A DNA stretch of 64,000 nt, taken from the NCBI GenBank assembly GCA_009993585.1, contig JAACTG010000114.1, positions 8,372 through 72,371 of the forward strand, read 5' to 3'. The stretch comes from Sphingomonadales bacterium (lineage in GTDB: Bacteria > Pseudomonadota > Alphaproteobacteria > Sphingomonadales > Sphingomonadaceae). This document shows positions 39,875-49,356 of this stretch, in pieces. Position numbers and translations under genes: made by a program. A model generated the notes under the pieces. That model searched no databases, was not told the DNA's origin, and saw only the letters and a list, made by a program, of their open reading frames with translations. Position 1 is the stretch's first letter; each line of letters begins with the position of its first letter.

Positions 39875-39903
39875 GCTTTAGGTGGGCGTGCGGATTCGGT
39901 CAA
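39875..39903 (-). promoter_or_regulatory. Candidate sigma70 promoter for the tRNA-Glu pair
   Basis: The minus strand reads TTGACC-N17-TAAAGC, ending about 24 nt upstream of the first tRNA 5' end. Confidence 0.45.
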
Positions 39904-39935
39904 CCCGTTGCCGAGGCTTTGCCGCACATGGCGCT

Positions 39936-41705
39936 TCATTCGGCCCAGGCGGCGTCTTCGAGAAGCAGCTCGGCGGCGGGGCGCGTGCCCCAGTCGTCGA
40001 TCTTGGCGCGCCCCGCGATCCACAGTTTCCGGTCGCGCGGCGCGTGGAGTAGTGTCTGGCCGAGTTGGCTTTCGGCGGCGCCGAACGCGATGCCCTTGAT
40101 GCTGCGCCCGTCCTCGCCGGCAAAGATCGCGCGGACATGGCCGTTACCGACGATATCGCATTTGACGAGCCGCACCGGCCCGGTGGCGATGCGCGGCGCC
40201 GGCCAGCCCATGCCATAGGGGCCGCCCGCCTCGATCGCGGTGACATAATCGGGATTGACGCCGCGCGGCGCGAGCACCGCGTCGAGCACCAGCGACTTGT
40301 TGCCGCTTGCGGCGGCGACGTCGTTGCCGAGCCGCGCTTCGAGGAAGCTCGACAGTGCGGCGACCTGGTCGCCCATCACCGTCAGCCCCGCCGCCATCGC
40401 ATGGCCGCCGCCGGCGACGAGCAGCCCTGCCTCCTTTGCGGCCAGGATTGCGGCGCCAAGGTCGACGCCCGCGATCGAGCGCCCCGAACCCTTTCCGCTT
40501 CCGTCCTCGTCGAGCGCAACGACGATCGCGGGCTTGCCGAGCTTTTCCTTGAGGCGCCCGGCGACGATGCCGATGACGCCGGGATGCCAGCCGCACCCGG
40601 CGACGAGCGCGACCGCGTGGTTGTGCGTCGCCTCGGCAAGCGCCTCCGCCTGCTCCTGCACCTGCGCCTCGATCGCGCGGCGTTCTTCGTTCAGCCGGTC
40701 GAGTTCGGCGGCGATCTCGCGCGCCTCGTCGGCGTCCTCCGTAATCAGCAGGCGCACGCCGAGATCGGATTTGCCGACGCGCCCGCCGGCGTTGATTCTC
40801 GGGCCGAGCGCAAAGCCGAGATCGCGGCATTCGACGTCGCGTTTCAGCCGCGAGGCATCGATCAGCGCGGACAGGCCGGTGTTGCGACGTTCGCGCATGA
40901 CCTTGAGGCCCTGCGTCACGAAACACCGGTTCAATCCGACCAGCCTCGCGACATCGGCGACCGTGCCCAGCGCGACGAGGTCGAGCAGCGCGAGCAGATC
41001 GGGAGCGGGCCGATCGTCGCCGAAAAATTCGCGGGCGCGCAATTCGCGCACGACGGCGACGGCGAGGACGAACGCCATGCCGACGGCGGCAAGATGGCCC
41101 TGCGCCGCGCCTTCGTCACTTTCGTCGAGGCGGTTGGGATTGACCATCGCCAGCGCTACCGGGAGCGTCGCGAGGCATTTGTGGTGATCGACGACGATCA
41201 CCTCGACGCCGGCCGCCTGCGCGGTCGCGAGCGCCTCATATGCCTGCGCCCCGCAATCGACGGTGATGACGAGATCGGCGCCGCTCTCACCGATCGCCAC
41301 CAGCGCTTCGCCGCTCGGGCCATAGCCTTCCATCAGCCGGTCGGGGATGTAATAGCCCGCCGCCAGGCCGAGGGCGCGCAGCAGCCGGATCAGCAGCGCC
41401 GCCGATGTGGCACCGTCGACGTCGTAGTCGCCGAAGACGGTGACCGCCTCGCCGCGTTCGACCGCGTCGGCGATCCGCACCGCCGCCGTGTCCATGTCGC
41501 GGAATACGGAGGGATCGGGCAGGAAATCGCGCAGCCGCGGGTTGCGATAGCGGTCGAGTTCGTCGCGTGCGCAGCCGCGCGCGAGCAGGATCTGGGTGAC
41601 GAGGTCGTCGGGCAGGAAGCCATCGTCGCGACCGTCGGCCGACCCCATGCGCCAGGTCCATGGCTGGCCCGAGATCGACCGTTCGACATTGAGGACAAAG
41701 CTCAT
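39936..41705 (-). CDS. recJ: Single-stranded-DNA-specific exonuclease RecJ
   Basis: DHH motifs (VTVFGDYDVDGATS, ITVDCG, VVDHH) and a DHHA1 region. The ATG overlaps the upstream stop (ATGA at 41702-41705). The track ORF to 42023 is an over-extension. Confidence 0.9.
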   Translation of the reverse strand: MSFVLNVERSISGQPWTWRMGSADGRDDGFLPDDLVTQILLARGCARDELDRYRNPRLRDFLPDPSVFRDMDTAAVRIADAVERGEAVTVFGDYDVDGATSAALLIRLLRALGLAAGYYIPDRLMEGYGPSGEALVAIGESGADLVITVDCGAQAYEALATAQAAGVEVIVVDHHKCLATLPVALAMVNPNRLDESDEGAAQGHLAAVGMAFVLAVAVVRELRAREFFGDDRPAPDLLALLDLVALGTVADVARLVGLNRCFVTQGLKVMRERRNTGLSALIDASRLKRDVECRDLGFALGPRINAGGRVGKSDLGVRLLITEDADEAREIAAELDRLNEERRAIEAQVQEQAEALAEATHNHAVALVAGCGWHPGVIGIVAGRLKEKLGKPAIVVALDEDGSGKGSGRSIAGVDLGAAILAAKEAGLLVAGGGHAMAAGLTVMGDQVAALSSFLEARLGNDVAAASGNKSLVLDAVLAPRGVNPDYVTAIEAGGPYGMGWPAPRIATGPVRLVKCDIVGNGHVRAIFAGEDGRSIKGIAFGAAESQLGQTLLHAPRDRKLWIAGRAKIDDWGTRPAAELLLEDAAWAE

Positions 41706-43216
41706 GCGAACCGCTGTAGCAAATCCTCTCGCAGCGCATAGGCCTTTGCGCTCGGCAGCGCGGCGACCTCGTGCGTGGCAAAGCCGCTGCCGCCCGCGAC
41801 GCCGAAGGTCACCGAGGATACGCCGAGCGCCCGGTCGACGAAATTGCGCGCGACGTCGATCGACTGGATATTGCCGATCGGCAGGACGATCAGCCGCTGG
41901 CGCCAGAAGCCGCGCCGGATCAGCACGCGCTCGCCATCGCTGGCATATCGATAGCGTCGCCATGCCAGCCAGCGCCCGGCGATGGCGATGGCGAGCGCGC
42001 CGGTGCCGATCAGCGCCGGCCACACGCCGACGGCCGCGACCGTCAGCGTGATGGCGATCGGCAGCGCCAGCCAGCAGGAGAATTCGATGGCATAGGCGCT
42101 GTCGATCCGTAGCCAGCGTGTATCGGGAGCGGGCAAGGCCATGCCCGCTTCGGCCAGGATCGGCGCGATCTCGTCGAGTTGCGCGAACGGCGCGACCTCG
42201 TGATCGCCTTGGCGGGCCTCGTCGCGGGCGAGCGATTGCAGCTTGAGCGAATGCCAGCCCGATCGCGCCCGGATCGGTCCGGTGCCGATGATCGCCGCCT
42301 GAACGCGGCGCACAGGGATGATGACGTCGGTCAGCGTCAGCAGGCCGCGTTGGCGGCGCAGCCCGGTCTCGGTCCGCGTCAGCCGGAAATTCCAGTCGCG
42401 CAGGATCGTCGTGACGACGCCGGTGGCGACCCCGACCGCGATCAGCGTCAGCAATCCGGCGACCGCGCTGATCCAGCGATGCGACAGGATGAGCTGCGCC
42501 AGCGGCGACCCGGCATCGAGCAGCTGATTCCAGAACAGGCGTTTGAACGGGTCGATCCCGAACATGTCGCCGCCGAACTGAAACAGGCCGCCGATCGCGG
42601 CGAATATGGCGAGCGAGAAATTGTATACGCCCGAGCGCAGGACGCGCGCCGGGGCCATCGCGAACAGCGATTGATCGCCGGCTTCGCTCGTGGGCGATGC
42701 GACTGCTCCGTCGGCCCCCACAGCGGCGATCGCGCCACCGCCGCGATAGGCGCGGATCGTGTCGCGCAGGCGGTTGGCGCGGTCGAGCCCGATCGCCTCC
42801 AGCACGCCGTCATCGCCGCCCTTGCCGGCCGATGCGCCGGTTTCGAGTTTGACCCGCGCCACGCCGATCAGGCGCGCGATCGGCCCCTGTTCGATATTAA
42901 CGTCCTGGATGCGGGCAAACGGGATCGAGCGGTGCTGCGTGCTGATCAGGCCGCTTTCGATGACGATGCCCTCGTCGGACAGGCGGTACGAAAAGCGCAG
43001 CCAGCGCAACCACAGGCCGACCAGGGTGATGACGATATAGGCGACCACCATCAGGCCGAGCAAAAGCCAGCGTCCCGACAGGCTGAAATAGGCGCCTGCC
43101 GCAAGGACGCCGAACGATCCCTTGGCAGCCTGGCCGAGGCCGGTCAGGAAATAGGCGGGATGAAGCCGCTCTGGCGGTTCGGCGGCGTCGGCGGCGGCGG
43201 GTGGGGTCGCCTTCAT
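41702..43216 (-). CDS. YdbT-like membrane protein with repeated bacterial PH (bPH_2) domains
   Basis: TM hairpins are each followed by motifs such as YRLSDEGIVIESGLISTQHRSIPFARIQDVNIEQGPIARLIGVARV, repeated three times with variation. Confidence 0.75.
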   Translation of the reverse strand: MKATPPAAADAAEPPERLHPAYFLTGLGQAAKGSFGVLAAGAYFSLSGRWLLLGLMVVAYIVITLVGLWLRWLRFSYRLSDEGIVIESGLISTQHRSIPFARIQDVNIEQGPIARLIGVARVKLETGASAGKGGDDGVLEAIGLDRANRLRDTIRAYRGGGAIAAVGADGAVASPTSEAGDQSLFAMAPARVLRSGVYNFSLAIFAAIGGLFQFGGDMFGIDPFKRLFWNQLLDAGSPLAQLILSHRWISAVAGLLTLIAVGVATGVVTTILRDWNFRLTRTETGLRRQRGLLTLTDVIIPVRRVQAAIIGTGPIRARSGWHSLKLQSLARDEARQGDHEVAPFAQLDEIAPILAEAGMALPAPDTRWLRIDSAYAIEFSCWLALPIAITLTVAAVGVWPALIGTGALAIAIAGRWLAWRRYRYASDGERVLIRRGFWRQRLIVLPIGNIQSIDVARNFVDRALGVSSVTFGVAGGSGFATHEVAALPSAKAYALREDLLQRFA

Positions 43217-43729
43217 TTATGAATCGGAACCGATGTGGCGGCGGATATCGTCGCGAATCTCGGCCGCGCGATCGGGCGACAGGCCGGGCAGAGTGACGAT
43301 GCTGTTGTGCGTGCCTGCGGTGTGGATGACGAGCGAGGCGACGCCGAACAGGCGTTCGACCGGGCCGCGCGCGACGTCGATATGCTGGACGCGGACGAAC
43401 GGGACGACGGTGTCGACATGGAACATGAAACCGCGGACGATGCGGATCGTGCGCGGCGCGAGGCGATAGCCGACATGGCGATATTTGCGCGCCGGCACGA
43501 CGACGATCACCAGCAGCGCCAGCAGCCAGGCCGCGACCGTCGGCAGCCAGTGGATCGAGGCGGGCCCGAGCAGCGCAGCGTCGGCGATCGTGACGGCGAT
43601 CGCAATCGGTAGACACGTCAGCGCGAACTGGATCCGAAGGACGTGGCGATAACCCGGCTCGACCGGCTGCAAATCGGTCGATAGCGAGGACTCTGGAATG
43701 ATTTCGGGCGGGGCCAGATCAGCTGTCAT
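43217..43729 (-). CDS. YdbS-like membrane protein with a single bPH_2 domain
   Basis: Two TM helices followed by YRLAPRTIRIVRGFMFHVDTVVPFVRVQHIDVARGPVERLFGVASL. Its stop directly abuts the next ATG. Confidence 0.75.
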   Translation of the reverse strand: MTADLAPPEIIPESSLSTDLQPVEPGYRHVLRIQFALTCLPIAIAVTIADAALLGPASIHWLPTVAAWLLALLVIVVVPARKYRHVGYRLAPRTIRIVRGFMFHVDTVVPFVRVQHIDVARGPVERLFGVASLVIHTAGTHNSIVTLPGLSPDRAAEIRDDIRRHIGSDS

Positions 43730-43788
43730 GAGTCGCTAATACAGCTCGCGACGCCCCTCGGCCAGTCCGAATGCGCGAAACCGCGCGA

Positions 43789-44787
43789 TCACCGGTTGCG
43801 ATGTTCGCCGCGGACCCAGCGAACCGTGCCCGACGATGCGCGCATGACGACGCTTTCGGTCGTGATCGTGCCGTTGCGCAGCCGCTTGACGCCGTCGAGC
43901 AGGCTGCCGTCGGTGACGCCGGTCGCCGCGAAAATGCAGTCGCTGCGCGCGAGTTCGACGAGGTCGTACTGGCGGTCGAGATCGTCGATGCCCCATTTCG
44001 CCGCGCGCGCGCGTTCGTCGTCGTTGCGGAACACCAGCCGGCCCTTGAACTGGCCGCCGACGCAGCGCAGCGCCGCCGCCGCCAACACGCCTTCGGGGGC
44101 GCCACCCTGGCCCATGTACATGTCGGTGCTGGTTTCCTCGTCGGTCACCGCGATCACGCCGGCGACGTCGCCATCGGGGATCAACTGGATGCCGCAGCCC
44201 AGACCGCGCAGCTCGGCGATGATCGCGTCATGGCGGGGGCGGTCGAGGACGCAAACGATGATCTCGGACGGATCGACGCCCTTTTCCTTCGCCACCGCGG
44301 TGACGTTTTCGGTCACCGATTTGTCGAGATCGACGATCCCGGGCGTATAGCCGGGGCCGACCGCGATCTTGTCCATATAGACGTCGGGCGCATTGAGCAG
44401 GCCGCCTTTTTCGGCGATCGCGAGCACGGCGAGCGCATTGGCGCCAGCCTTGGCGGTGATCGTCGTGCCTTCGAGCGGGTCGAGCGCGATGTCGATCTTG
44501 GGACCGTCGTCGCCCGCGCAACCGACCTTTTCGCCGATATAGAGCATCGGCGCCTCGTCGCGCTCGCCCTCGCCGATGACGACGGTGCCGCAGATCTCGA
44601 GTTCATTGAGCGCGGCGCGCATCGCCTCGACGGCGGCGGCGTCGGCGGCCTTTTCATCGCCGCGACCGATGAGCCGCGAGGCCGATATGGCAGCCGCTTC
44701 GGTAACGCGCACCATTTCTAGGACGAGGACGCGATCGAGCGCGTTACCCACTGCTGGGCTGGCGGAATCGGAATCGGCAGCGGACAT
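43789..44787 (-). CDS. glpX: Class II fructose-1,6-bisphosphatase
   Basis: Contains LEMVRVTEAAAISASRLIGRGDEKAADAAAVEAMR...DPLEGTT. Confidence 0.9.
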   Translation of the reverse strand: MSAADSDSASPAVGNALDRVLVLEMVRVTEAAAISASRLIGRGDEKAADAAAVEAMRAALNELEICGTVVIGEGERDEAPMLYIGEKVGCAGDDGPKIDIALDPLEGTTITAKAGANALAVLAIAEKGGLLNAPDVYMDKIAVGPGYTPGIVDLDKSVTENVTAVAKEKGVDPSEIIVCVLDRPRHDAIIAELRGLGCGIQLIPDGDVAGVIAVTDEETSTDMYMGQGGAPEGVLAAAALRCVGGQFKGRLVFRNDDERARAAKWGIDDLDRQYDLVELARSDCIFAATGVTDGSLLDGVKRLRNGTITTESVVMRASSGTVRWVRGEHRNR

Positions 44788-44895
44788 GGAAACCCCTTTG
44801 GCGAAAAGACGACGTTGCCGTTCGCTTAGGGAAGCGCGTCGCGCAAGTCGAGACTGCGCGCACCGCGCGGCGGCAGGACGGCGCTCCGACGACCG

Positions 44896-45762
44896 TCAGG
44901 GCTGCCGGGTACGTCCGCACGGACCCAGGCGGGCGAGGACAAAGCGATAGTCGGCGCGCGCCGCCAGCGACTGTGGCGGGTTCAGGCCACCGAGGCTTGC
45001 GGGCGGGAGTTCGGGCGGCAGGCCGCAGGCGAGGCGATGCCAGCCAAGCGTCTGCGGCGACGGGGTCCGGGCCGATTCGTCGAGGATCTCGCCGAACGAC
45101 ACCGCCCATTCGGGGGCGATGCCGGGACGCCTCAAGACATTGAGCGACGCGGGCTCGCCGCTTTGCGTTTCGAGAAAGATCTGCGTCTCGCTCTCGCCCG
45201 GCAGCGCGCCGGCGACGTTGAAGGCGCCAGAGACGCCGCGAATTCTGGGCGGGGCGCCGGGCGCCAGTGCGTCGCGCTGGATCGTTCGAACGCGGGCCTC
45301 GATCTCTGGCGACCAGGCGATTTGGGCGTCGGGCGCTGCCAGTTGCAACTGGCCGCCGGCGGCAGCCGCGGCGAAGATGACGACGCGCTGCCGCTTCAGC
45401 CTCGGCGCGCGGCCGCGCGAATCGCGGGGAACATCGACAAGATAGGCGATTTCCTCGGGCAATCCGCTCGTGCCGCGAATCACATTGTCGACATCGGCCT
45501 CGATATACAGGCGGATGCGACCCGCCGCGAGACCGGGCGAACGCTCGGGTTCGAGTGCGACCGACGACCGGATCGTGGCGATCGCGACCAGATGAGCGGC
45601 ATCAGACAGATCGACGAGGTCGGCATAGGACAAGGGCGAATCGGGCACGGTCGCGCGCATGCCGACGCGCATATCCTGGCTGGCCGCGGCTGCCGCGGCG
45701 TCGTTCGGGGCGGGCTGGGGTTGCACGGCAAGGGCGAGACCGGCGATGACGGGAATGAGCAT
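44896..45762 (-). CDS. Hypothetical exported protein (no family recognised)
   Basis: 288 aa from ATG 45762, with the signal-like N-terminus MLIPVIAGLALAVQP. Composition is genome-typical. It is divergent from tonB. Confidence 0.5.
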   Translation of the reverse strand: MLIPVIAGLALAVQPQPAPNDAAAAAASQDMRVGMRATVPDSPLSYADLVDLSDAAHLVAIATIRSSVALEPERSPGLAAGRIRLYIEADVDNVIRGTSGLPEEIAYLVDVPRDSRGRAPRLKRQRVVIFAAAAAGGQLQLAAPDAQIAWSPEIEARVRTIQRDALAPGAPPRIRGVSGAFNVAGALPGESETQIFLETQSGEPASLNVLRRPGIAPEWAVSFGEILDESARTPSPQTLGWHRLACGLPPELPPASLGGLNPPQSLAARADYRFVLARLGPCGRTRQP

Positions 45763-46032
45763 GATCTTATTATCGTCCTGATACTTTGGCCAAGTTGGCG
45801 AGAGCCGCCCTTCGAGCCGGGCAATTGAAATCGTGGCGCCTGCGTAACCGTTCCAAGCTGAACCTCGGATAAAGCGTTTGCGAACTGTCACCGCTGGCGA
45901 TAGGAACCATGGCTGACCTGTCGGAACGGTTGGTTACGGATTCCGATCCTTGGGACGGTTAACGGAAACTTACTGCGGGTTCGAGGCGTTGTACCTCAGA
46001 CCCGTCCGACTCTGTGAGGAGAATTCTGAAGT

Positions 46033-46695
46033 ATGGCTTATGGAGATCGCGTAGACCCGAAGAGCCGCGCGGCTTCGATCGTCCTGATGGCGGCATTCGT
46101 GTCGCTGGTCATCTGGGGTCTTGCTGTCGGTCTTGACGTTAGTGTCGTCAAGAAGATCGCCGAGAAGCTCGACGTGGTCGATGTCACCGAAGAACCGCCG
46201 CCGCCCGAAGAACCGCCGCCGCCGCCGCCGCCGCAGGAATTGCCGCCGCCGCCGCAGGTCGTCATTCCGCCGTCGCCGATCTCGCGACCGACGCCCAACG
46301 TGCTGCGCGATACGACGCCGCGACCGCCTGCTGTCTTTATTCCCACACCGGTCGTCTCGCCGCCGGCCCCGCCGGCACCGCCGGCACCGCCACCGCCGCC
46401 CAAGGTGAACCGCTCGAAACCGGTCAGCCTGCAGCGCGGGGCGCCGACCAATGGCGATTATCCCTCGGCCGCGATCCGGCGGGAATCGGAAGGTACGACG
46501 CGTGTTCGCCTGTCGATCGATGCCAGTGGCCGAGTATCGAGCTGTAGCGTCACCGGATCGAGCGGCGATTCCGCCCTCGATAGCACGACGTGCAGCATCT
46601 TCGAACGGCGGACTCGCTTCAATCCTGCACTCGACGCAGACGGCAACCCGACTTCGACGACCTACAACACCAGCGTCAAATGGACGCTCGACTGA
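46033..46695 (+). CDS. tonB: Energy transducer TonB
   Basis: N-terminal TM anchor, a Pro-rich spacer (EEPPPPEEPPPPPPPQELPPPPQ), and a C-terminal TonB domain (YPSAAIRRESEGTTRVRLSIDASGRV). Confidence 0.9.
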   Translation: MAYGDRVDPKSRAASIVLMAAFVSLVIWGLAVGLDVSVVKKIAEKLDVVDVTEEPPPPEEPPPPPPPQELPPPPQVVIPPSPISRPTPNVLRDTTPRPPAVFIPTPVVSPPAPPAPPAPPPPPKVNRSKPVSLQRGAPTNGDYPSAAIRRESEGTTRVRLSIDASGRVSSCSVTGSSGDSALDSTTCSIFERRTRFNPALDADGNPTSTTYNTSVKWTLD

Positions 46696-46740
46696 CCGTA
46701 ATTCATTGCACCATTTTATTTACCTGAGAGGGAATGCATA

Positions 46741-47544
46741 ATGTTCACCACCATCCTTACCGCAGCCGCGACTGCCGGAGCAGAAGCTCCGGAGTACGGC
46801 CTCCTTCCCGCACTTGAGGAGGGCGGCCCGGTCGCCTGGACGACGTTCGGCGTCCTCGTCATCATGTTTGCCGGTTCGCTCTACGTGCTGTTCACCAAGC
46901 TGTTCGAACAGAACAAGATCATGCGCCAGGGCAATCAGGTGCAGCAGAATTTCTGGCGTGCGCCCAACCTTCGCGAGGGCGCATCGAAGCTGGAAAAGGA
47001 CAGCGCCTATCGCCAGGTCGTCGACGACGGCCTGCGCGCCGAGCAGGAGCACACCAAGCTGACCGATCCGGTCGAAGCGCATGACTGGATGCACAACAGC
47101 CTCGAACGCTCGCAGAACCTCGTCAATTCGAAACTCAATGGCGGCCTGTCGTTCCTCGCCACCGTCGGCTCGACCGCACCGTTCGTCGGTCTGTTCGGCA
47201 CCGTCGTCGGTATTCTTCGCGCGCTCGTGAAGATCGGTGCCAGCGGCCAGGCGTCGATCGACACCGTTGCCGGTCCCGTCGGCGAAGCGCTGATCATGAC
47301 CGCCGTCGGCCTGATCGTCGCGGTTCCCGCGGTGCTCGCGTTCAACTGGCTGCAGGCGCGCAACAAGAAGATCGCACGCGATTTGTCGACCTTCGCCAAC
47401 GACGTCCAGGGCAGCATCATGTCGGGCGGCGAAGTCCGCCCGGTGGTCGCCACCAAGGGCGCGGCTCCCGCCCGCCCCGCAGCCGCCACCGCCAAGCCGG
47501 TCGGCCAGGCGACTGCCGGCGGTGTCCAGACGAAAAAGGTCTGA
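46741..47544 (+). CDS. exbB: MotA/TolQ/ExbB proton channel protein
   Basis: Contains LSFLATVGSTAPFVGLFGTVVGILRAL...GPVGEALIMTAVGLIVAVPAVLAFNWL. Confidence 0.9.
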   Translation: MFTTILTAAATAGAEAPEYGLLPALEEGGPVAWTTFGVLVIMFAGSLYVLFTKLFEQNKIMRQGNQVQQNFWRAPNLREGASKLEKDSAYRQVVDDGLRAEQEHTKLTDPVEAHDWMHNSLERSQNLVNSKLNGGLSFLATVGSTAPFVGLFGTVVGILRALVKIGASGQASIDTVAGPVGEALIMTAVGLIVAVPAVLAFNWLQARNKKIARDLSTFANDVQGSIMSGGEVRPVVATKGAAPARPAAATAKPVGQATAGGVQTKKV

Positions 47545-47654
47545 CCGAACGAGATATCGGGACGGCGGCGCGTGCCGTCGTCCCGAATGCGTACAGAACT
47601 GTGCTGGGCGGATATGTCCGCCAAGGCGCGATACAAGAATAGGATAGTTAGCTC

Positions 47655-48170
47655 ATGGGAATAAGTACCGGATCCGGCGGTGATGACGCCCCGATGTCGG
47701 ACATCAACACGACGCCGCTCGTCGACGTCATGCTGGTGCTGCTCATCATCTTCCTCATCACTATTCCGGTCGTGCTCGAGACGGTCGACCTGAGGCTTCC
47801 CGACGTCGCGTTCGAACCGACCACGACCAAGCCCGATAACGTGCTGCTTTCGGTACGGACGCCCGATTTGAATGGCGACGGCGTTCCCGACGGAACCGGC
47901 GAATGCCAGGTTTATTGGGGCAACACCCCGATCGATTCGACGACATTGCTCGAACGTGGGCAGAACAAGCTCGAGACGCTGCTCGAAGATATCGGCGGCG
48001 TGGAAAACATCACCGAAGACAACTTTCCCGAAGTGCATATCCGCGGCGACGTCGCGACTCCGTATAAGTGCATCGGCGGCGTGATCTACACGATGCAGTA
48101 TGCCGGCTTTCAGAAGATCGGATTCATCTCGCAGCCGGTCGGCGCCTCGGCGCTGCGTCCGCGCCAGTAA
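47655..48170 (+). CDS. exbD: Biopolymer transport protein ExbD (copy 1, with a longer periplasmic domain)
   Basis: Contains the ExbD TM motif INTTPLVDVMLVLLIIFLIT. Confidence 0.85.
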   Translation: MGISTGSGGDDAPMSDINTTPLVDVMLVLLIIFLITIPVVLETVDLRLPDVAFEPTTTKPDNVLLSVRTPDLNGDGVPDGTGECQVYWGNTPIDSTTLLERGQNKLETLLEDIGGVENITEDNFPEVHIRGDVATPYKCIGGVIYTMQYAGFQKIGFISQPVGASALRPRQ

Positions 48171-48210
48171 CGTCCGTTCAGTTTACGTGATTCCCGAGAG
48201 GATTTAGACA

Positions 48211-48636
48211 ATGGCAATTGCAATGGGCGGCGATCCCGACCAGCCAATGATGGAAATGAACACGACGCCGTTGATCGACGTCATGCTCGTGCTGCTGATC
48301 ATGTTCATCATCACCATTCCGCCGCAGACGCACGCGGTGAAGATCGACCTGCCCACTCCATCGAACGATCCGGCGCCCGAGGTGGATCCGATCAAGAACA
48401 AGCTGACGATTGACGAGGCGAATACGCTGGCCTGGAACGGTACGCCGATCAACCTGCAGCAGCTGGCAGATTACCTTGCCCAGACCAAGCAGTTCCCGGT
48501 CGAGCCCGAACTGCAGTTCCAGCCACATCCGGAGGCCGATTATATCGTCGTCGATCGCGCATTGGCGGTGATCAAGCAGGAAGGCGTCAACAAGCTCGGC
48601 TTTGTCGGCAACGAACAATATGGCCGCGTCTTCTAA
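48211..48636 (+). CDS. exbD: Biopolymer transport protein ExbD (copy 2)
   Basis: Contains MNTTPLIDVMLVLLIMFIIT. SD GAGAGGA lies upstream. Confidence 0.85.
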   Translation: MAIAMGGDPDQPMMEMNTTPLIDVMLVLLIMFIITIPPQTHAVKIDLPTPSNDPAPEVDPIKNKLTIDEANTLAWNGTPINLQQLADYLAQTKQFPVEPELQFQPHPEADYIVVDRALAVIKQEGVNKLGFVGNEQYGRVF

Positions 48637-48663
48637 TCCGAAGATCAGCGCCTGACACGATCG

Positions 48664-48692
48664 GGGGCCGGGAAACCGGCCCCTTTTTCTTT
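48664..48692 (+). terminator. Rho-independent terminator after the tonB-exbBDD operon
   Basis: GGGGCCGG-GAAA-CCGGCCCC followed by TTTTTCTTT. Confidence 0.8.
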
Positions 48693-48759
48693 GCCGCGGC
48701 GCAATGGATCGGAACCGGCTTGGGACCGTTGATCTCTTACACAACCAAGGAAGAACGTC

Positions 48760-49356
48760 ATGAAACCGATCGCCCTAGCCAGCTTTGCGGCCCCGCTCGT
48801 CCTGCTGGCGGCCTGCAATCCGCCCCAGGACGAAACCGTCGCCAATGAAGTCGATGCCAACGAAACCGCGCTCAATGAGGCATCAGCCCCCGGTGCGACG
48901 CCGCTCGCAACCGCCCTGCTCGCGAACGCCGATGGCGACGCGCGCGGATCGGCGGACGTCACCGAATCGGCGGGCGGCCTGACCGTCGCGATCGCCGCGG
49001 CAGGTCTCAAGCCGGGCCGCTACGGCGTGCACGTCCATGCCACCGGCGCGTGCACAGCGCCCGATTTCAAAAGCGCGGGCGGCCACTGGAATCCCGACGA
49101 TCGCGAACACGGTCTCGACAATCCGAAGGGCGCGCATTCCGGCGATCTGCCCAACCTCGTGGTCGGCAGCGACGGTGAGGGCGAGATATCTTACGAGATC
49201 GTCGGCGCCCGGGGGGCGGCTGAAGGCGGCCTGCTCGACGGCGATGGCGCCGCGGTCGTCATCCATGCCGGTCCCGACGACCTCATGACCGATCCCAGCG
49301 GCAACAGCGGCGACCGGATCGCCTGCGGCGTTTTGGCTGCGCCCGCCGACGGCTAG
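48760..49356 (+). CDS. sodC: Cu/Zn superoxide dismutase (lipoprotein-type signal)
   Basis: Lipobox LVLLAAC, metal ligands in HVHATGAC...GGHWNP...HSGDLPNL, and a C-terminal GDRIACGV. Confidence 0.9.
   Translation: MKPIALASFAAPLVLLAACNPPQDETVANEVDANETALNEASAPGATPLATALLANADGDARGSADVTESAGGLTVAIAAAGLKPGRYGVHVHATGACTAPDFKSAGGHWNPDDREHGLDNPKGAHSGDLPNLVVGSDGEGEISYEIVGARGAAEGGLLDGDGAAVVIHAGPDDLMTDPSGNSGDRIACGVLAAPADG

Noticed and set aside
46190-46410. A highly repetitive CCG/CCGCCG-rich stretch that could be mistaken for a tandem repeat or array.
   Set aside because: It is in frame within tonB and encodes the characteristic proline-rich (EEPPPP/PPPP) spacer of TonB. It is not a non-coding repeat.
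47559-47584. A GC-rich imperfect hairpin between exbB and exbD (GGGACGGCGGC-gcgt-GCCGTCGTCCC).
   Set aside because: There is one stem mismatch and no T-tract. It is probably an intra-operon mRNA structure affecting relative ExbB/ExbD levels. It is not distinctive enough to report as a finding.
48711-48730. GGAAC...CGTT upstream of sodC, which looked like an EcfG-type promoter.
   Set aside because: The spacer is only 11 nt (GGAAC-cggcttgggac-CGTT) rather than 16-17. That is incompatible with the known promoter geometry.
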